Shown piece after piece: positions 1 to 10,313 of a DNA stretch of 60,972 nt. The notes beneath the pieces were generated by a model. It was not told where the DNA came from and searched no databases. It saw only the letters and a list, made by a program, of their open reading frames with translations. The stretch lies in the NCBI GenBank assembly GCA_963825055.1, contig CAWGSK010000020.1, positions 1-60,972 on the forward strand. Reading direction: 5' to 3'. Every line of letters starts with the position of its first letter. The first letter of the stretch is position 1. The DNA is from an uncultured Gemmatimonadales bacterium (GTDB lineage: Bacteria; Gemmatimonadota; Gemmatimonadetes; Gemmatimonadales; GWC2-71-9). The position numbers were made by a program, and so were the translations under genes.

Positions 1-2
1 AA

Positions 3-2267
3 GGCGACAGGGGGCGGCGGATCCAGGTCGACCGTCGCTGCCTGGAGGCTGACGGCGCCGAGGGGGACACAGGTGACCAGGTACCGGGTCGCCACGGTAT
101 CGCCGGACTGAATAACGAGCTGGCCGGTGGAGGGACGCGCGACGGCACAGTTGCGCCGGCCCGGCTCGAGGGTCGCGTCCAGCCGTCCGGTGCCACCTCG
201 ACGGGGGTTGACCGGGATGAAGTCTTCCAGGACGGTGTCGGGCGGCGCCATGCCGCCGGGAATGCTGACCGTATCAGGCGTATCCGCACGTCCGACACCC
301 ACGGTATCCTGCCGCAGGAGAATCAGACGGAAGCGAGCCGGTGGCTGTGGCCCCGTGATGTCCGTGCCGACGGACACATCGCCCAGCGGGATGCAGTTGA
401 CCCGGAACAGGGTGTCTGTCGCCGTTCCCCCGAGGGCAATGAACCCGTGAGAGCCGACCGAGACCGTATCCGGATTGGGCAGGCTGTCGTAGCAGTTGCC
501 GGCAATGCCGGTGAGCGCCAGACGGTGAGGGTAGCCCGTGCCTGACCGGATGTTGTCAAGGGTGATCGTGTCGGTGGGCGCCATGCTGGTGTCGACGGTG
601 CTGCCGCTCAGGTCGCGGATCCCGAAGAACGGAAGCTGGTCCACGAACGCCGGCCGGAGCTGGACCCCGAAGCTCGCAGGGATATCCTGGCCCGTCGTCG
701 CCGTGCGGATCGTGAGCGGGCCATCACTGAACCCGCGCACCAGGTTCAGGGGCTTGAAGAGGGGGATGGAGAACCCCACTTCAAACAGGTCCTTCCGCCC
801 CAGCACGCTGAGTTTGGCCCCCATGTTGAGGTTGAGCCCGATGTCGATTCCCGTCTCCCAGTCGAGCCCTGAGGGATTGCCCCCGGCGAAGCTGAGGACG
901 GACGAAGCCTTCGCTTCTGCGTAGGGCTCCAGGTTGATGAACGGCCCCACCACGCCATAGATGAGCGCATTGAACTCCGGCACCACCGCGATCTTGACCG
1001 AGGCCGTGCCCTGGACGCCCTTGAACTGGGGCGCGGTCGCATCGTGGGACGACGACGCGCTGAAGACCGGCCGCCAGCCCCCCGGATCCGTCCAGGCGAC
1101 GCCGGCCTCGATGCCGAGCGAACTGTGATAAGACCCCGTGAAGACCGCGCTGGCACTGACCGTGGGGGTGATTTCGAGGGAAAACTTCCTGGTGAAGATG
1201 ACAATCACCGGCATGGGCCCGATGAACGTGGCGTACGGGCGCTGCTGGATGATGAAGTTCTGCTTTTCCTTGGCAAGCGGGATGCTCTTGTTCGGACTCC
1301 CGCTCAGCGTGACCTTCAGTTCGTACTCATCGATGTTGAGTCCGAGATCCCCACGGAGCACATGCTCGAACCGCCGCAACTGGAAGGCGCTGACCTTGGT
1401 CACCATGGCCACGCGCGGGGTGAAGTCGATGCTGCCCTGATTGATGGTGAAATCGACCGTACCGGACACGGGCGTACCGGCCGACGGCGCCAACTTGATG
1501 GCAAACGACAGGCCGTCCAGGGAACAGCACAGTCCGGCGCGGTTGAGGCTCACATCGGGAGACATGTAGGTCGTCTGCCACGGTCCCACCCACCCGCTCG
1601 CCGGCTGCGCACCGGCGCTGGCGGAATCGGTGAACGCCGTCGTGGAAAATCCCCCCTCCTGGACGGCCTCTTCAACGTACGCCTGGGTGGTCTCCACGGT
1701 GAGCACGTCGCCTGCCAGCGACGCGTGCTGCACCCTGCGGAGGTACCCCTGGCCCTGGGCGCCGACCAGGATGGCGCCGGAGTCCACGGCGGGAGGCGGG
1801 CCACGGACGATCCGGAAGACGTAGACCCCGGTCGTGTCATTGCGGGACAGGAGGGTGACGGCGGTCGAGTCAAAAATCCTGGTACACTCACAGAGAACCG
1901 AGATGCCGACCTCAAGGTCCGCGGTTCCCTGCTTGCCCCCCGCGCTCGCGGTGATCACCGCGTCACCCACGGAATCCGCCGTCACGAGGCCCTGGTCGTC
2001 CACCCTGGCCACTCCCGGGGCGCTGGACGTCCAGGTCACCGGCTCGGCGGGAAGAACCTTTCCTTCGGCATCCATCACCTGGGCCACCAGCCTCACCGTA
2101 TCGCCGGGAGACAGGACGCGACGGGCAGCGGTGACCACGACAGCGGAGATCCCGGCGGGAGGGCCTGGTTCCAGCGGGGAGTCGGCAAGGCAGGCACCCG
2201 TCAAACCCGCAGCCAGCAGGAAGACGGTTCGGACAGCGAGACGGCGAAGAGGTCCTGCAGGGGCCAC
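3..2267 (-). CDS. Large secreted lipoprotein with N-terminal bacterial Ig-like (BIG2) domain; runs off the window start
   Basis: Not in the ORF track. Frame read manually from GTG 2267 (GAGG upstream): VAPAGPLRRLAVRTVFLLAAGLTGAC lipobox, then VTWTSSAPGVARVDDQGLVTADSVGDAVITASAGG (Ig-like group 2). Open to the window edge. Confidence 0.8.
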   Translation of the reverse strand, partial: MAPAGPLRRLAVRTVFLLAAGLTGACLADSPLEPGPPAGISAVVVTAARRVLSPGDTVRLVAQVMDAEGKVLPAEPVTWTSSAPGVARVDDQGLVTADSVGDAVITASAGGKQGTADLEVGISVLCECTRIFDSTAVTLLSRNDTTGVYVFRIVRGPPPAVDSGAILVGAQGQGYLRRVQHASLAGDVLTVETTQAYVEEAVQEGGFSTTAFTDSASAGAQPASGWVGPWQTTYMSPDVSLNRAGLCCSLDGLSFAIKLAPSAGTPVSGTVDFTINQGSIDFTPRVAMVTKVSAFQLRRFEHVLRGDLGLNIDEYELKVTLSGSPNKSIPLAKEKQNFIIQQRPYATFIGPMPVIVIFTRKFSLEITPTVSASAVFTGSYHSSLGIEAGVAWTDPGGWRPVFSASSSHDATAPQFKGVQGTASVKIAVVPEFNALIYGVVGPFINLEPYAEAKASSVLSFAGGNPSGLDWETGIDIGLNLNMGAKLSVLGRKDLFEVGFSIPLFKPLNLVRGFSDGPLTIRTATTGQDIPASFGVQLRPAFVDQLPFFGIRDLSGSTVDTSMAPTDTITLDNIRSGTGYPHRLALTGIAGNCYDSLPNPDTVSVGSHGFIALGGTATDTLFRVNCIPLGDVSVGTDITGPQPPARFRLILLRQDTVGVGRADTPDTVSIPGGMAPPDTVLEDFIPVNPRRGGTGRLDATLEPGRRNCAVARPSTGQLVIQSGDTVATRYLVTCVPLGAVSLQAATVDLDPPPPVA

Positions 2268-2509
2268 GGGGCCTCGCCAGCTGGGACAGAAGAGTCACGG
2301 CCAGCGGAATCCAGGGGTAGGATCCACTGGTGCGGGACATCTCCCGGCATGTGAGCGGTAAGTCCAACGTGCATACCGACCGGGCTCGGCGCAATAGCGT
2401 ACTGGTGCGACAGTGTTGTGCGGGCTGGACAGACGAGGAGGCCGGTAATAAACCGAAGTGGCCGGGTCTGGGAGGACCGGCCACCGGATTGCGGCTTGAA
2501 TGAATTGAA

Positions 2510-2582
2510 TGGCCAGGGACGGAATCGAACCGCCGACACCGTGATTTTCAGTCACGTGCTCTACCAACTGAGCTACCTGGCC
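2510..2582 (-). tRNA. tRNA-Phe(GAA), CCA not encoded
   Basis: GGCCAGGTAGCTCAGTTGGTAGAGCACGTGACTGAAAATCACGGTGTCGGCGGTTCGATTCCGTCCCTGGCCA; cloverleaf with anticodon GAA and TTCGA T-loop. Confidence 0.97.
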
Positions 2583-2634
2583 CGGCGGGCGGGGAATATA
2601 GGGGGAAGGGGAGACGGGGCCAAGCGACGGAGGC

Positions 2635-2726
2635 GTGTTGAGTGGTTGAGTCGCGACCAATCCCGGCCTCCACCAGGACGACTCAGCCACTCCACGATTC
2701 AACTGTTCAACGACCCCACGACTCCC
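2635..2726. repeat. Inverted arrays of degenerate 8-mer (GAGTCGTT/AACGACTC) tandem repeats
   Basis: gtgttgagtggttgagtcg ... cgactcagccactccacgattcaactgttcaacgac. Confidence 0.7.
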
Positions 2727-2768
2727 TCTCCCTCCCCCTATCTCCACTCCCCTCCCATATTACGCCCC

Positions 2769-3413
2769 ATGCCTTCCCCCGACCTCCCCAACCTCACCGT
2801 CATCCAGCACCCCCTCCTTCAGCACAAGCTGACCCTGCTGCGGGACCGGCAGACCAGCACCCGGGACTTCAAGCAGCTGGTCGGGGAGATTGCGGCGCTC
2901 ATGGCCTACGAGGTGACCCGCGACCTCCCGGCGTCCCCGGTGGAGGTACAGACCCCGCTGGAGAAGATGCAGGGCGTCCAGGTGGAGGGATGGAAGGTGG
3001 CCCTGGTGCCGATCCTCCGGGCCGGCCTGGGGATGGTGGAAGGGCTCTCCGGACTCATGCCCAGCGCCCGGGTAGGCCACATCGGCCTCTACCGCGACGA
3101 GAACACCCTCCGCCCCCGCGACTACTACTTCAAGATCCCCGATGCCGGGACGGTCGAGTTCTTCTTCCTGCTTGACCCGATGCTCGCCACCGGCGGCTCG
3201 GCTGTCATGGCTACCGACGCCCTCAAGGCTGCCGGGGCCGGCAATATCCGGCTTCTCTGCCTCGTGGCTGCCCCCGAAGGGGTCCGCCGGATGCTGGAGC
3301 GCCACCCGGACGTGCCCATCTTCGCCGCCGCCCTCGACCGCCAGCTCAACGAGAACGGCTATATCATGCCGGGGCTGGGCGATGCGGGGGACCGGCTGTT
3401 CGGGACAGGATAA
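2769..3413 (+). CDS. upp: Uracil phosphoribosyltransferase
   Basis: [34 protein letters not shown] (PRPP motif), [17 protein letters not shown]. Confidence 0.97.
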   Translation: MPSPDLPNLTVIQHPLLQHKLTLLRDRQTSTRDFKQLVGEIAALMAYEVTRDLPASPVEVQTPLEKMQGVQVEGWKVALVPILRAGLGMVEGLSGLMPSARVGHIGLYRDENTLRPRDYYFKIPDAGTVEFFFLLDPMLATGGSAVMATDALKAAGAGNIRLLCLVAAPEGVRRMLERHPDVPIFAAALDRQLNENGYIMPGLGDAGDRLFGTG

Positions 3414-3418
3414 CAATC

Positions 3419-3506
3419 CGGTGAACGGTGAGCGGTAAACGGGACCTGCCCCGCGAATCGAGATCGCAGCGCATGAGGCCGTTACCGTTCACCGTTCACC
3501 GTTCAC
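3419..3506. repeat. Inverted GTGAACG/CGTTCAC heptamer arrays
   Basis: gtgaacg gtgagcg gtaaacg ... cgttac cgttcac cgttcac cgttcac. Confidence 0.85.
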
Positions 3507-3524
3507 GCCTTTTTAAGGGTAGAA

Positions 3525-4916
3525 ATGGCCGGACTTCGACTCACTTTCTGGGGTGCCGCGGGTATGGTCACGGGCTCGATGCACCTGCTCGAGGCGGCCG
3601 GCGCGCGCGTCCTGCTCGACAGCGGCATGTTTCAGGGGCGCCGCGCGAAGGCGCGGGAACTCAACGCCGAGTTACAGTTCGACGCCCGCCGCATCGACCA
3701 CGTCATCCTGAGTCACGCGCACATCGATCATTGCGGCCGGTTGCCCCTGATCGTGAATCGTGGCTTCCACGGCCCTATCTACGCGACGCCCGCCACCCGT
3801 GACCTCTGTGCCGTCATGCTCCCCGATGCGGCGCACATCCAGGAGATGGACTTCCTCCATCTCCAGAAGCACGGCAAGGCCGGCCCCGAAGCCGCCCCGC
3901 TCTACACCATGGGCGACGCCATGCGTGTGCAGGACCTGATCGTCGGCGTCCCCTATCGCCGGGTGCAGCACATCCGGAAGAGCCTGAGCTTCGAGTTCAC
4001 CGACGCCGGCCACATCCTGGGCTCGGGCTCGGTGGACATCCGCATCACCGAGGGCAAGTCCCACCGCCTCGTCTTCTCTGGTGACATCGGCCGTCCCAAC
4101 CTGCCCATCATCCGCGACCCGGACCCACCGACCGGACCAGTGGACACACTGATCATCGAGTCCACCTACGCCGCGCGAAAGCACGAGACCATCCGGGACT
4201 CAGGGGAAAAGCTGGGCGAGCTCGTGCGGCGGGCGGCCCAGCGCGGCGGCAAGCTGATCGTGCCCTCGTTCGCGCTCGGCCGCACCCAGGAACTGGTCTA
4301 CGCCCTGCACGAGCTCTATCGCCACCAGCAGATCCCGGCAATTCCGATCTACATCGACAGCCCGATGGCGGTCGACGCCACGCAGGTCTTCCGGTTGCAC
4401 CCGGAGGTATTCGACCGTCGCGAACGCATGATGGATCTTGCGCTGGAGCTGTTCGACTTCCCGCTGGTCCACTACGTGCGCGACAGCCAGGATTCCCGCA
4501 AGCTCAACTCGTTGAACGGCCCGGCGGTGATCATCGCGGCAAGCGGCATGGCCGAGGGCGGCAGGATCCTCCACCACCTTATCCACCACATCGGCGACCA
4601 TCGCAACATCATCCTCTTCGTGGGCTACCAGGCCGAACACACGCTTGGCCGCCGCATCCAGTCCGGCGCCGAGGAGGTCCGCATCTTCGGCGACATGTTC
4701 ACCCGCCGCGCCGAGATCGAGACCATCGGCGGCTATTCGGCCCACGCGGACCGGGACGAACTGCGCGAGTGGGTACGGGGCATGGGCGGGCCCGTGCGTC
4801 GCGCCTTCGTGGTACACGGCGAGCCGGAGGGGCTGGAGGCGATGGCGGGCCTGCTGAAGGAGGAAGGGGTGCAGGAAGTCCACATCCCGAAGCTGGGGCA
4901 GACCTTCGATCTCTGA
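3525..4916 (+). CDS. Metallo-beta-lactamase/beta-CASP family ribonuclease
   Basis: SHAHIDH, AGHILGS, FSGDIG, ESTY, ASGM, YSAHAD motifs. Confidence 0.93.
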   Translation: MAGLRLTFWGAAGMVTGSMHLLEAAGARVLLDSGMFQGRRAKARELNAELQFDARRIDHVILSHAHIDHCGRLPLIVNRGFHGPIYATPATRDLCAVMLPDAAHIQEMDFLHLQKHGKAGPEAAPLYTMGDAMRVQDLIVGVPYRRVQHIRKSLSFEFTDAGHILGSGSVDIRITEGKSHRLVFSGDIGRPNLPIIRDPDPPTGPVDTLIIESTYAARKHETIRDSGEKLGELVRRAAQRGGKLIVPSFALGRTQELVYALHELYRHQQIPAIPIYIDSPMAVDATQVFRLHPEVFDRRERMMDLALELFDFPLVHYVRDSQDSRKLNSLNGPAVIIAASGMAEGGRILHHLIHHIGDHRNIILFVGYQAEHTLGRRIQSGAEEVRIFGDMFTRRAEIETIGGYSAHADRDELREWVRGMGGPVRRAFVVHGEPEGLEAMAGLLKEEGVQEVHIPKLGQTFDL

Positions 4917-4964
4917 GGCGGGGCCGGGTGGACCCCGCCCCCGCCGACCCGCTAGGTTTCCGCC

Positions 4965-5564
4965 GTGCCCCGCCCTCTCGGTCGCATCATTCGCGCCCTG
5001 CTCCTCGCCGTCCTCGTCGCCGCCCTGGCCTACGGCATCTCCTTCGTCATCGTATGGACCGTGAGCCGCCAGGACCAGCGGCGTCACGCGGACGCAATCG
5101 TCGTCCTGGGCGCCGCGCAGTACAACGGCCGCCCGTCACCCGTCCTGCGGGCCCGGCTGGATCACGCCTATGACCTGTACCGGGAGGGAATGGCGCTCCG
5201 CGTCGTCGTAACCGGCGGCCAGAGCCCCGGGGACGACGAGAGCGAGGCGACGGTGAGCCGGCGCTACCTGGAGTCCCGCGGGGTGCCCCGGAAGGCCATC
5301 ACGGTCCGCCCCGAGGGCCGGAGCACCAGCGCCTCGATGGAATCGGTCGCGGACTGGGCGCGGGAGAAGAAGATCGAGAGTGTCCTCCTGGTCAGCGACC
5401 CGTTTCACATGGGACGCATCCGGCTGGAGGCTCGCCGCGTGCACCTGACGGCCTTCGGCTCGCCCACCCGGACCAGCCCGATTTCGGAGAATCCCCGCCG
5501 GGAGGCGGGGTACCTGGCCGCGGAGGCCCTGAAGCTTCCCGTCGCCTGGGTCCGGAGCTGGTAG
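4965..5564 (+). CDS. YdcF/DUF218 (ElyC/SanA-like) family protein
   Basis: N-terminal TM, DAIVVLGA, RL..A..L, TGG, VSDPFHM.R. Confidence 0.88.
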   Translation: MPRPLGRIIRALLLAVLVAALAYGISFVIVWTVSRQDQRRHADAIVVLGAAQYNGRPSPVLRARLDHAYDLYREGMALRVVVTGGQSPGDDESEATVSRRYLESRGVPRKAITVRPEGRSTSASMESVADWAREKKIESVLLVSDPFHMGRIRLEARRVHLTAFGSPTRTSPISENPRREAGYLAAEALKLPVAWVRSW

Positions 5565-5658
5565 TCCGGGAACTTCCTGGCACCGGGCCCGTACGGTCCG
5601 TGCCACACTTCGCCGCCGGATGCCGGCGGCTCTTCCTGTTCACCGCCCGAGGAAGCCC

Positions 5659-7023
5659 ATGCTTCGACGTCTCGTCCTGACCCTGGCCCTGGCCGCCGGC
5701 ACGGCGTCATCCGCCCGGGCCCAGGCCAGTCTCAGCGTTCCGGTCACCGTGGACACGTTGTCCAACGGGCTGACCCTCCTGGTCCACGAGGACCATTCCA
5801 CTCCCATCGTCGCCGTGAACGTCTGGTATCACGTCGGCTCGGGTGATGAAAAGCCGGGCCGGACCGGCTTCGCCCACCTGTTCGAGCACCTGATGTTCAT
5901 GGGCTCGGAGCACGCCGAGTATCCCGCGTTCGACCGGCTGCTGGAAGCGGCGGGGGCGAATAACAACGGCAGCACCACCAACGACAGGACGAACTACTAC
6001 GAGATCGGGCCGTCGAGCTCGCTCGCGCTCATGCTCTGGCTCGAGGCGGACCGGATGGGCTGGTTCGTGCCGACCATGACGGACGAGAAAGTGGATCTCC
6101 AGCGCGACGTCGTGAAGAACGAGCGGCGGCAGAGCTACGAGAATCGCCCCTATGGCCTGGCCTGGGAAACTCTGTCGAAAGCCCTCTACCCGGCGGACCA
6201 TCCCTACTCCTGGCCCGTCATCGGCTCAATGGCCGACCTGTCGGCAGCCTCGCTGGAAGACACGAAGGCATTCTTCCGCCGCTACTACGCCCCCAACAAT
6301 GCAGTGGTCGCCGTGGCGGGTGACGTGAAGGCCGCCGATGTGAAGAGGGAAGTGCTGAAGTACTTCGGGGAGATTCCCCGCGGCCCGGCCATCACCCGGC
6401 CCGAGGCACCGGCGTTCACGCTGGCGAAGGACACGATGATCGTGCTGGAGGACAAGGTCCAGCTCCCCCGGCTCTACTACAACTGGCACACGACCAGGAC
6501 CCTCACCTCCGACGACGCGGCGCTCGAACTGCTGGCCTATATCCTGACGGGAGCCCGGAACAGCCGTCTCACGGACGCCATGGTCTATCAGCAGCAGGTC
6601 GCTGCCGATGTCAGCGCCTTTCAGGACGGGAAACGCCTCGACGGCGACTTCGTCATCCTCGCCACGGCGCGCCCCGGGCATACGCTGCCCGAGCTGCAGG
6701 CTTCCATCGACGAGCAGATGAAGCGGATCATCGCCCAGGGCCCCGAGGCGAAGGAACTCGAGCAGGCAAAGAACAACACCGAGTCGAGTTTCCTGCGGGC
6801 ACTCGAGCGCGTGCTGTCCAAGGCGAACCAGCTCAACAGTTACTACTACTTCGCGGGCCAGGCCGACTGGTTCAACCAGGACCTGGCACGCTACCGCGCC
6901 GTCACCTCAGCCGACGTCCAGCGCGTCGCGCGGCAATACCTGGGCGGGCACAAAGTGATCCTGAGCATCGTACCGGAAGGAAAGACCGACATGGCAGCGC
7001 GCTCCACGGAGGTGACCCCATGA
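5659..7023 (+). CDS. M16 (pitrilysin) peptidase, catalytic subunit, secreted
   Basis: Signal peptide; GFAHLFEHLMF (HxxEH); VKNERR. Confidence 0.93.
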   Translation: MLRRLVLTLALAAGTASSARAQASLSVPVTVDTLSNGLTLLVHEDHSTPIVAVNVWYHVGSGDEKPGRTGFAHLFEHLMFMGSEHAEYPAFDRLLEAAGANNNGSTTNDRTNYYEIGPSSSLALMLWLEADRMGWFVPTMTDEKVDLQRDVVKNERRQSYENRPYGLAWETLSKALYPADHPYSWPVIGSMADLSAASLEDTKAFFRRYYAPNNAVVAVAGDVKAADVKREVLKYFGEIPRGPAITRPEAPAFTLAKDTMIVLEDKVQLPRLYYNWHTTRTLTSDDAALELLAYILTGARNSRLTDAMVYQQQVAADVSAFQDGKRLDGDFVILATARPGHTLPELQASIDEQMKRIIAQGPEAKELEQAKNNTESSFLRALERVLSKANQLNSYYYFAGQADWFNQDLARYRAVTSADVQRVARQYLGGHKVILSIVPEGKTDMAARSTEVTP

Positions 7024-8468
7024 CCCCCCGCAATCCTCTCGCTGCCATGGCCCTGCTCGCCCTGGCCGCAACACCGCTCGCGGCCCAGCAGGGCGCGTTC
7101 GACCGGAGCACACCTCCCACGCTGGCGCCCCCGCCTTCGCTCACCCTCCCGAAGGTGGAAACCACGACCCTGCCCAACGGGCTCCGGCTCTATGTGATCC
7201 CGATGCACGAGGTCCCGGTGGTCCAGTTCGAGCTGTCGGTCGAGGGCGGCGGCAGGCTGGACGCGGACCGGCCCGGCCTGGCCTCCTTCACGGCCGACAT
7301 GCTGAGCGAGGGAGCAGCCGGCAAGGACGCCGCCACGATCGCGGCCCAGGTCGCCTTCCTGGGGGCCCGCCTCTCCAATGGCGCCAACTGGGATGCCACC
7401 AGCGTTTCGCTCGAGACCCCGGTCAAGTCGATGGACCAGGCGCTCGATCTCATGGCCGACGTGGTCCTCCGGCCGACGTTTGCCGCCGAGGAGGTTGCCC
7501 GCCAACGCGACCTCCGCCTGGCGCAGATCCTCCAGCAGCAGGACCAGCCGACCGTCATGGCCTCGCTTGCCTTCAATGCGCTGGTCTATCCGAAGGACCA
7601 CCCCTATCACCACAGCCTGGGCGGCGATTCGGCCTCAACCGCCGGACTCGACTCGGCCATGGTGCGCCGGTTCTACGAGCGGACGATGGACCCCGCCAGG
7701 GCCCGGCTCGTGGTGGCCGGGGATGTGACGATGGAACAGGTGCGTCAGGAGATCAGCAGGCGCTTCGGCTCCTGGAAGGGCAAGGCACCGTCGGCGCCCT
7801 CGGCGACAGGGTCGAAAGCCCCGGTCCCCGCCACGATGGTCTATCTGGTCGACAAACCCGGCGCCGCCCAGTCCGTTATCGCCATCGGAAGACCGGGAGT
7901 TGACCGTAGTAGTCCAGACTACTACGCGCTTGAAGTCATGAACACCCTGCTCGGAGGCTCCTTCAGCTCCCGGCTCAATTCGAATCTCCGGGAGACGAAG
8001 GGCTACACCTACGGCGCCGGCTCCGGCTTCGCCTACCGGCCCCTGCCGGGCCCGTTCCTGGCGCGTGCGTCGGTCCGGACCAATGTGACTGACAGTTCAC
8101 TGGTCGAATTCTTCAGGGAATTCGAGCGTATCCGCGACGAGCCGGTGAGCCAGACCGAGCTGGACCGGGCCCGGAACTACATCGCCCTGGGCCTCCCGGG
8201 CGACTTCGAGACTACGGGCCAGATGGCGAACCAGATCGATGACCTGCTCACCTTCGGGCTGCCGTTCTCGTACTACAACGATTACGTGCGGAACATCATG
8301 GCGGTCACTGCTGCCGACGTGCAGCGGGTGGCCCGGAAATACGTAACCCCGGACGCCCTGAGCGTGGTGGTGGTGGGAGACCTCAAGGTCATCCGCCCCG
8401 GCATCGAGGCCCTCAAGCTCGGGCCGATCACGGTTCGCGACCTCTACGGCAACCCGGTGATGCCCTGA
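7020..8468 (+). CDS. M16 peptidase non-catalytic partner subunit
   Basis: M16-type sequence without HxxEH; SRLNSNLRETKGYTY motif; ATGA overlap with the upstream gene. Confidence 0.9.
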   Translation: MTPRNPLAAMALLALAATPLAAQQGAFDRSTPPTLAPPPSLTLPKVETTTLPNGLRLYVIPMHEVPVVQFELSVEGGGRLDADRPGLASFTADMLSEGAAGKDAATIAAQVAFLGARLSNGANWDATSVSLETPVKSMDQALDLMADVVLRPTFAAEEVARQRDLRLAQILQQQDQPTVMASLAFNALVYPKDHPYHHSLGGDSASTAGLDSAMVRRFYERTMDPARARLVVAGDVTMEQVRQEISRRFGSWKGKAPSAPSATGSKAPVPATMVYLVDKPGAAQSVIAIGRPGVDRSSPDYYALEVMNTLLGGSFSSRLNSNLRETKGYTYGAGSGFAYRPLPGPFLARASVRTNVTDSSLVEFFREFERIRDEPVSQTELDRARNYIALGLPGDFETTGQMANQIDDLLTFGLPFSYYNDYVRNIMAVTAADVQRVARKYVTPDALSVVVVGDLKVIRPGIEALKLGPITVRDLYGNPVMP

Positions 8469-8571
8469 CGGGCGGGCGGACAGGGCGGACAGGGCGGACC
8501 GGCCGTTTGTGTCGAAGGGGAGACCGGCCGGTCCCCCCTACTCCCTATTCCCTATTCCCTGCACCTCTGCC

Positions 8572-9153
8572 ATGACTCTGCTCGACGCCACCCGCCTCTA
8601 CACCGGCCGTGTCCTCAACCTGGACCGCGACACCGTCCGCTTTCCGGACGGAAGCACCGGTGAACTCGAGATGATCCGCCACTCCGGTGCCTCGGCGGTG
8701 ATCCCGCTGCTCGATCCGCCGGAGAGCAAAGACCCCCGCGTGCTCCTCATCCGCCAGTTCCGCCACGCCGCGGACGGCTTCATTCTGGAAATCCCCGCCG
8801 GCAGGCTGGACCCGGGCGAGAAACCCGAGGCCTGTGCCCGCCGGGAACTGGAGGAGGAAGCCGGCCGGAGGGCCGGGGCGCTTCAGCACCTCACGACCTT
8901 CTACACGACCCCGGGATTCACCGACGAACGGATCCACCTCTTCCTGGCGACGGACCTGGTCGAGACCAGTCACGCCCGGGAAAAGGACGAATTCATGGAG
9001 GTCCAGGAGATGCGCTGGAACGAGGTGGGCCGGGCGCTCCGGGACGGGCGCATAGTGGACGGGAAGACCATGGTGGCCCTGATGTGGGTGCAGAACTTTG
9101 TAAGAGGCGGCGGGGCGGACAGGGCGGACAAGGCGGTCGAGGCGGACAGGTGA
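8572..9153 (+). CDS. NUDIX hydrolase (ADP-ribose pyrophosphatase-like)
   Basis: Nudix box EIPAGRLDPGEKPEACARRELEEEAG; TPGFTDE; DGKT. Confidence 0.92.
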   Translation: MTLLDATRLYTGRVLNLDRDTVRFPDGSTGELEMIRHSGASAVIPLLDPPESKDPRVLLIRQFRHAADGFILEIPAGRLDPGEKPEACARRELEEEAGRRAGALQHLTTFYTTPGFTDERIHLFLATDLVETSHAREKDEFMEVQEMRWNEVGRALRDGRIVDGKTMVALMWVQNFVRGGGADRADKAVEADR

Positions 9154-9236
9154 TGCCTCCTGACCTCCCGACCTCTGACTTTCGACCTTCGACTCCCCGG
9201 TAGCCATCCCCTCTCTCTCCCCCTACAATTCCCTTC

Positions 9237-10313
9237 ATGGCCGAGACCACGATCCAGGCACTCTCCAAGGCGATCGAGGCCGGTAAATTCGCTCCCGCGT
9301 ACTACTTCCACGGCACCGAAGAGGGACTGAAGGACGAGGCGGTGGCGCGCCTGCTCGATGCCGTGCTGGACCCCGGTCTGCGCGACTTCAACCTGGAGCA
9401 GCGATCGCTGGCCCAGCTCGACCCCGAAGGACTCGACACGGCCCTCAACACACTGCCGATGATGGCCGACCGTCGGCTGGTGATCCTCCGCGACCTCGAA
9501 CAGGTGAAGCGGAAGACGAAGCTGAAGAAGGCGCTGGAGCGCTACCTCGAGCGACCCGCCGAAGGCACGGTGCTCGTGCTGGTGGAAAATGCCGATCCGA
9601 AGGGCGAGGGTGAGTCGAAGCCCGACGCCGCCCTGGCGAAGCGCGCCACGGTAGTGCTCTTCGAGCCGATGGAGGTCGACGAGGCGGTCCGCTGGGTGTT
9701 GCGGGAAGTCTCGCGCAACAAGGTGACGCTAGCGGAAGACGCGGCCACGCACCTGGTGAACGTGACCGGGACTTCCACCCTGGCGCTGCGCTCGGAGCTG
9801 GAGAAGGTGTATGCCCTCGGGGAAGGCGCCAGGATCGACGCCGACCGGCTCGGCGAGCTGGTGGGCGTGCGCCGGGGAGAGACGCCGCTCGACTGGCGCG
9901 ACGCCGTCCTGTCGGACCGGACCGCTGACGCCCTCGCGATGCTGGACACCGTGCTGTCCCAGTCGGGCGTGAGCGGCGTTCGCCTGGTCATGATGCTGGG
10001 ACAGGGGCTGGTTGGCGCCGGAGTGGCGCAACCATTCACGAGGCGTGCCCGGGGCCCTAAAGCCGTCGTCGACGCCATCGTCAAGCAGGTGCTGTTGCGG
10101 CTCCGCCCCGCCGGGCTCGGCAAGTGGCGCGACGAGGCCGAGAGCTGGGCGGGCTGGGCCCCGAAATGGCCGGCCGAGCGGCTGCGGCGAGGACTGGAAG
10201 CCATGCTCGATGCCGACAAGGCCCTCAAGAGCACACGCATCTCGGATGAAACCGGCGTGATCACCGACCTGGTGCTTACGCTCCGTCACACGCGGCAGGA
10301 GGCTGCAGCATGA
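9237..10313 (+). CDS. holA: DNA polymerase III delta subunit
   Basis: AYYFHGTE, DFNL, TLPMMADRRLVI, SELEK, C-terminal DKALKS. Confidence 0.88.
   Translation: MAETTIQALSKAIEAGKFAPAYYFHGTEEGLKDEAVARLLDAVLDPGLRDFNLEQRSLAQLDPEGLDTALNTLPMMADRRLVILRDLEQVKRKTKLKKALERYLERPAEGTVLVLVENADPKGEGESKPDAALAKRATVVLFEPMEVDEAVRWVLREVSRNKVTLAEDAATHLVNVTGTSTLALRSELEKVYALGEGARIDADRLGELVGVRRGETPLDWRDAVLSDRTADALAMLDTVLSQSGVSGVRLVMMLGQGLVGAGVAQPFTRRARGPKAVVDAIVKQVLLRLRPAGLGKWRDEAESWAGWAPKWPAERLRRGLEAMLDADKALKSTRISDETGVITDLVLTLRHTRQEAAA

Noticed and set aside
2270..2582. Genomic island integrated at tRNA-Phe
   Set aside because: No integrase or duplicated tRNA 3' end visible; cannot be excluded beyond the window edge
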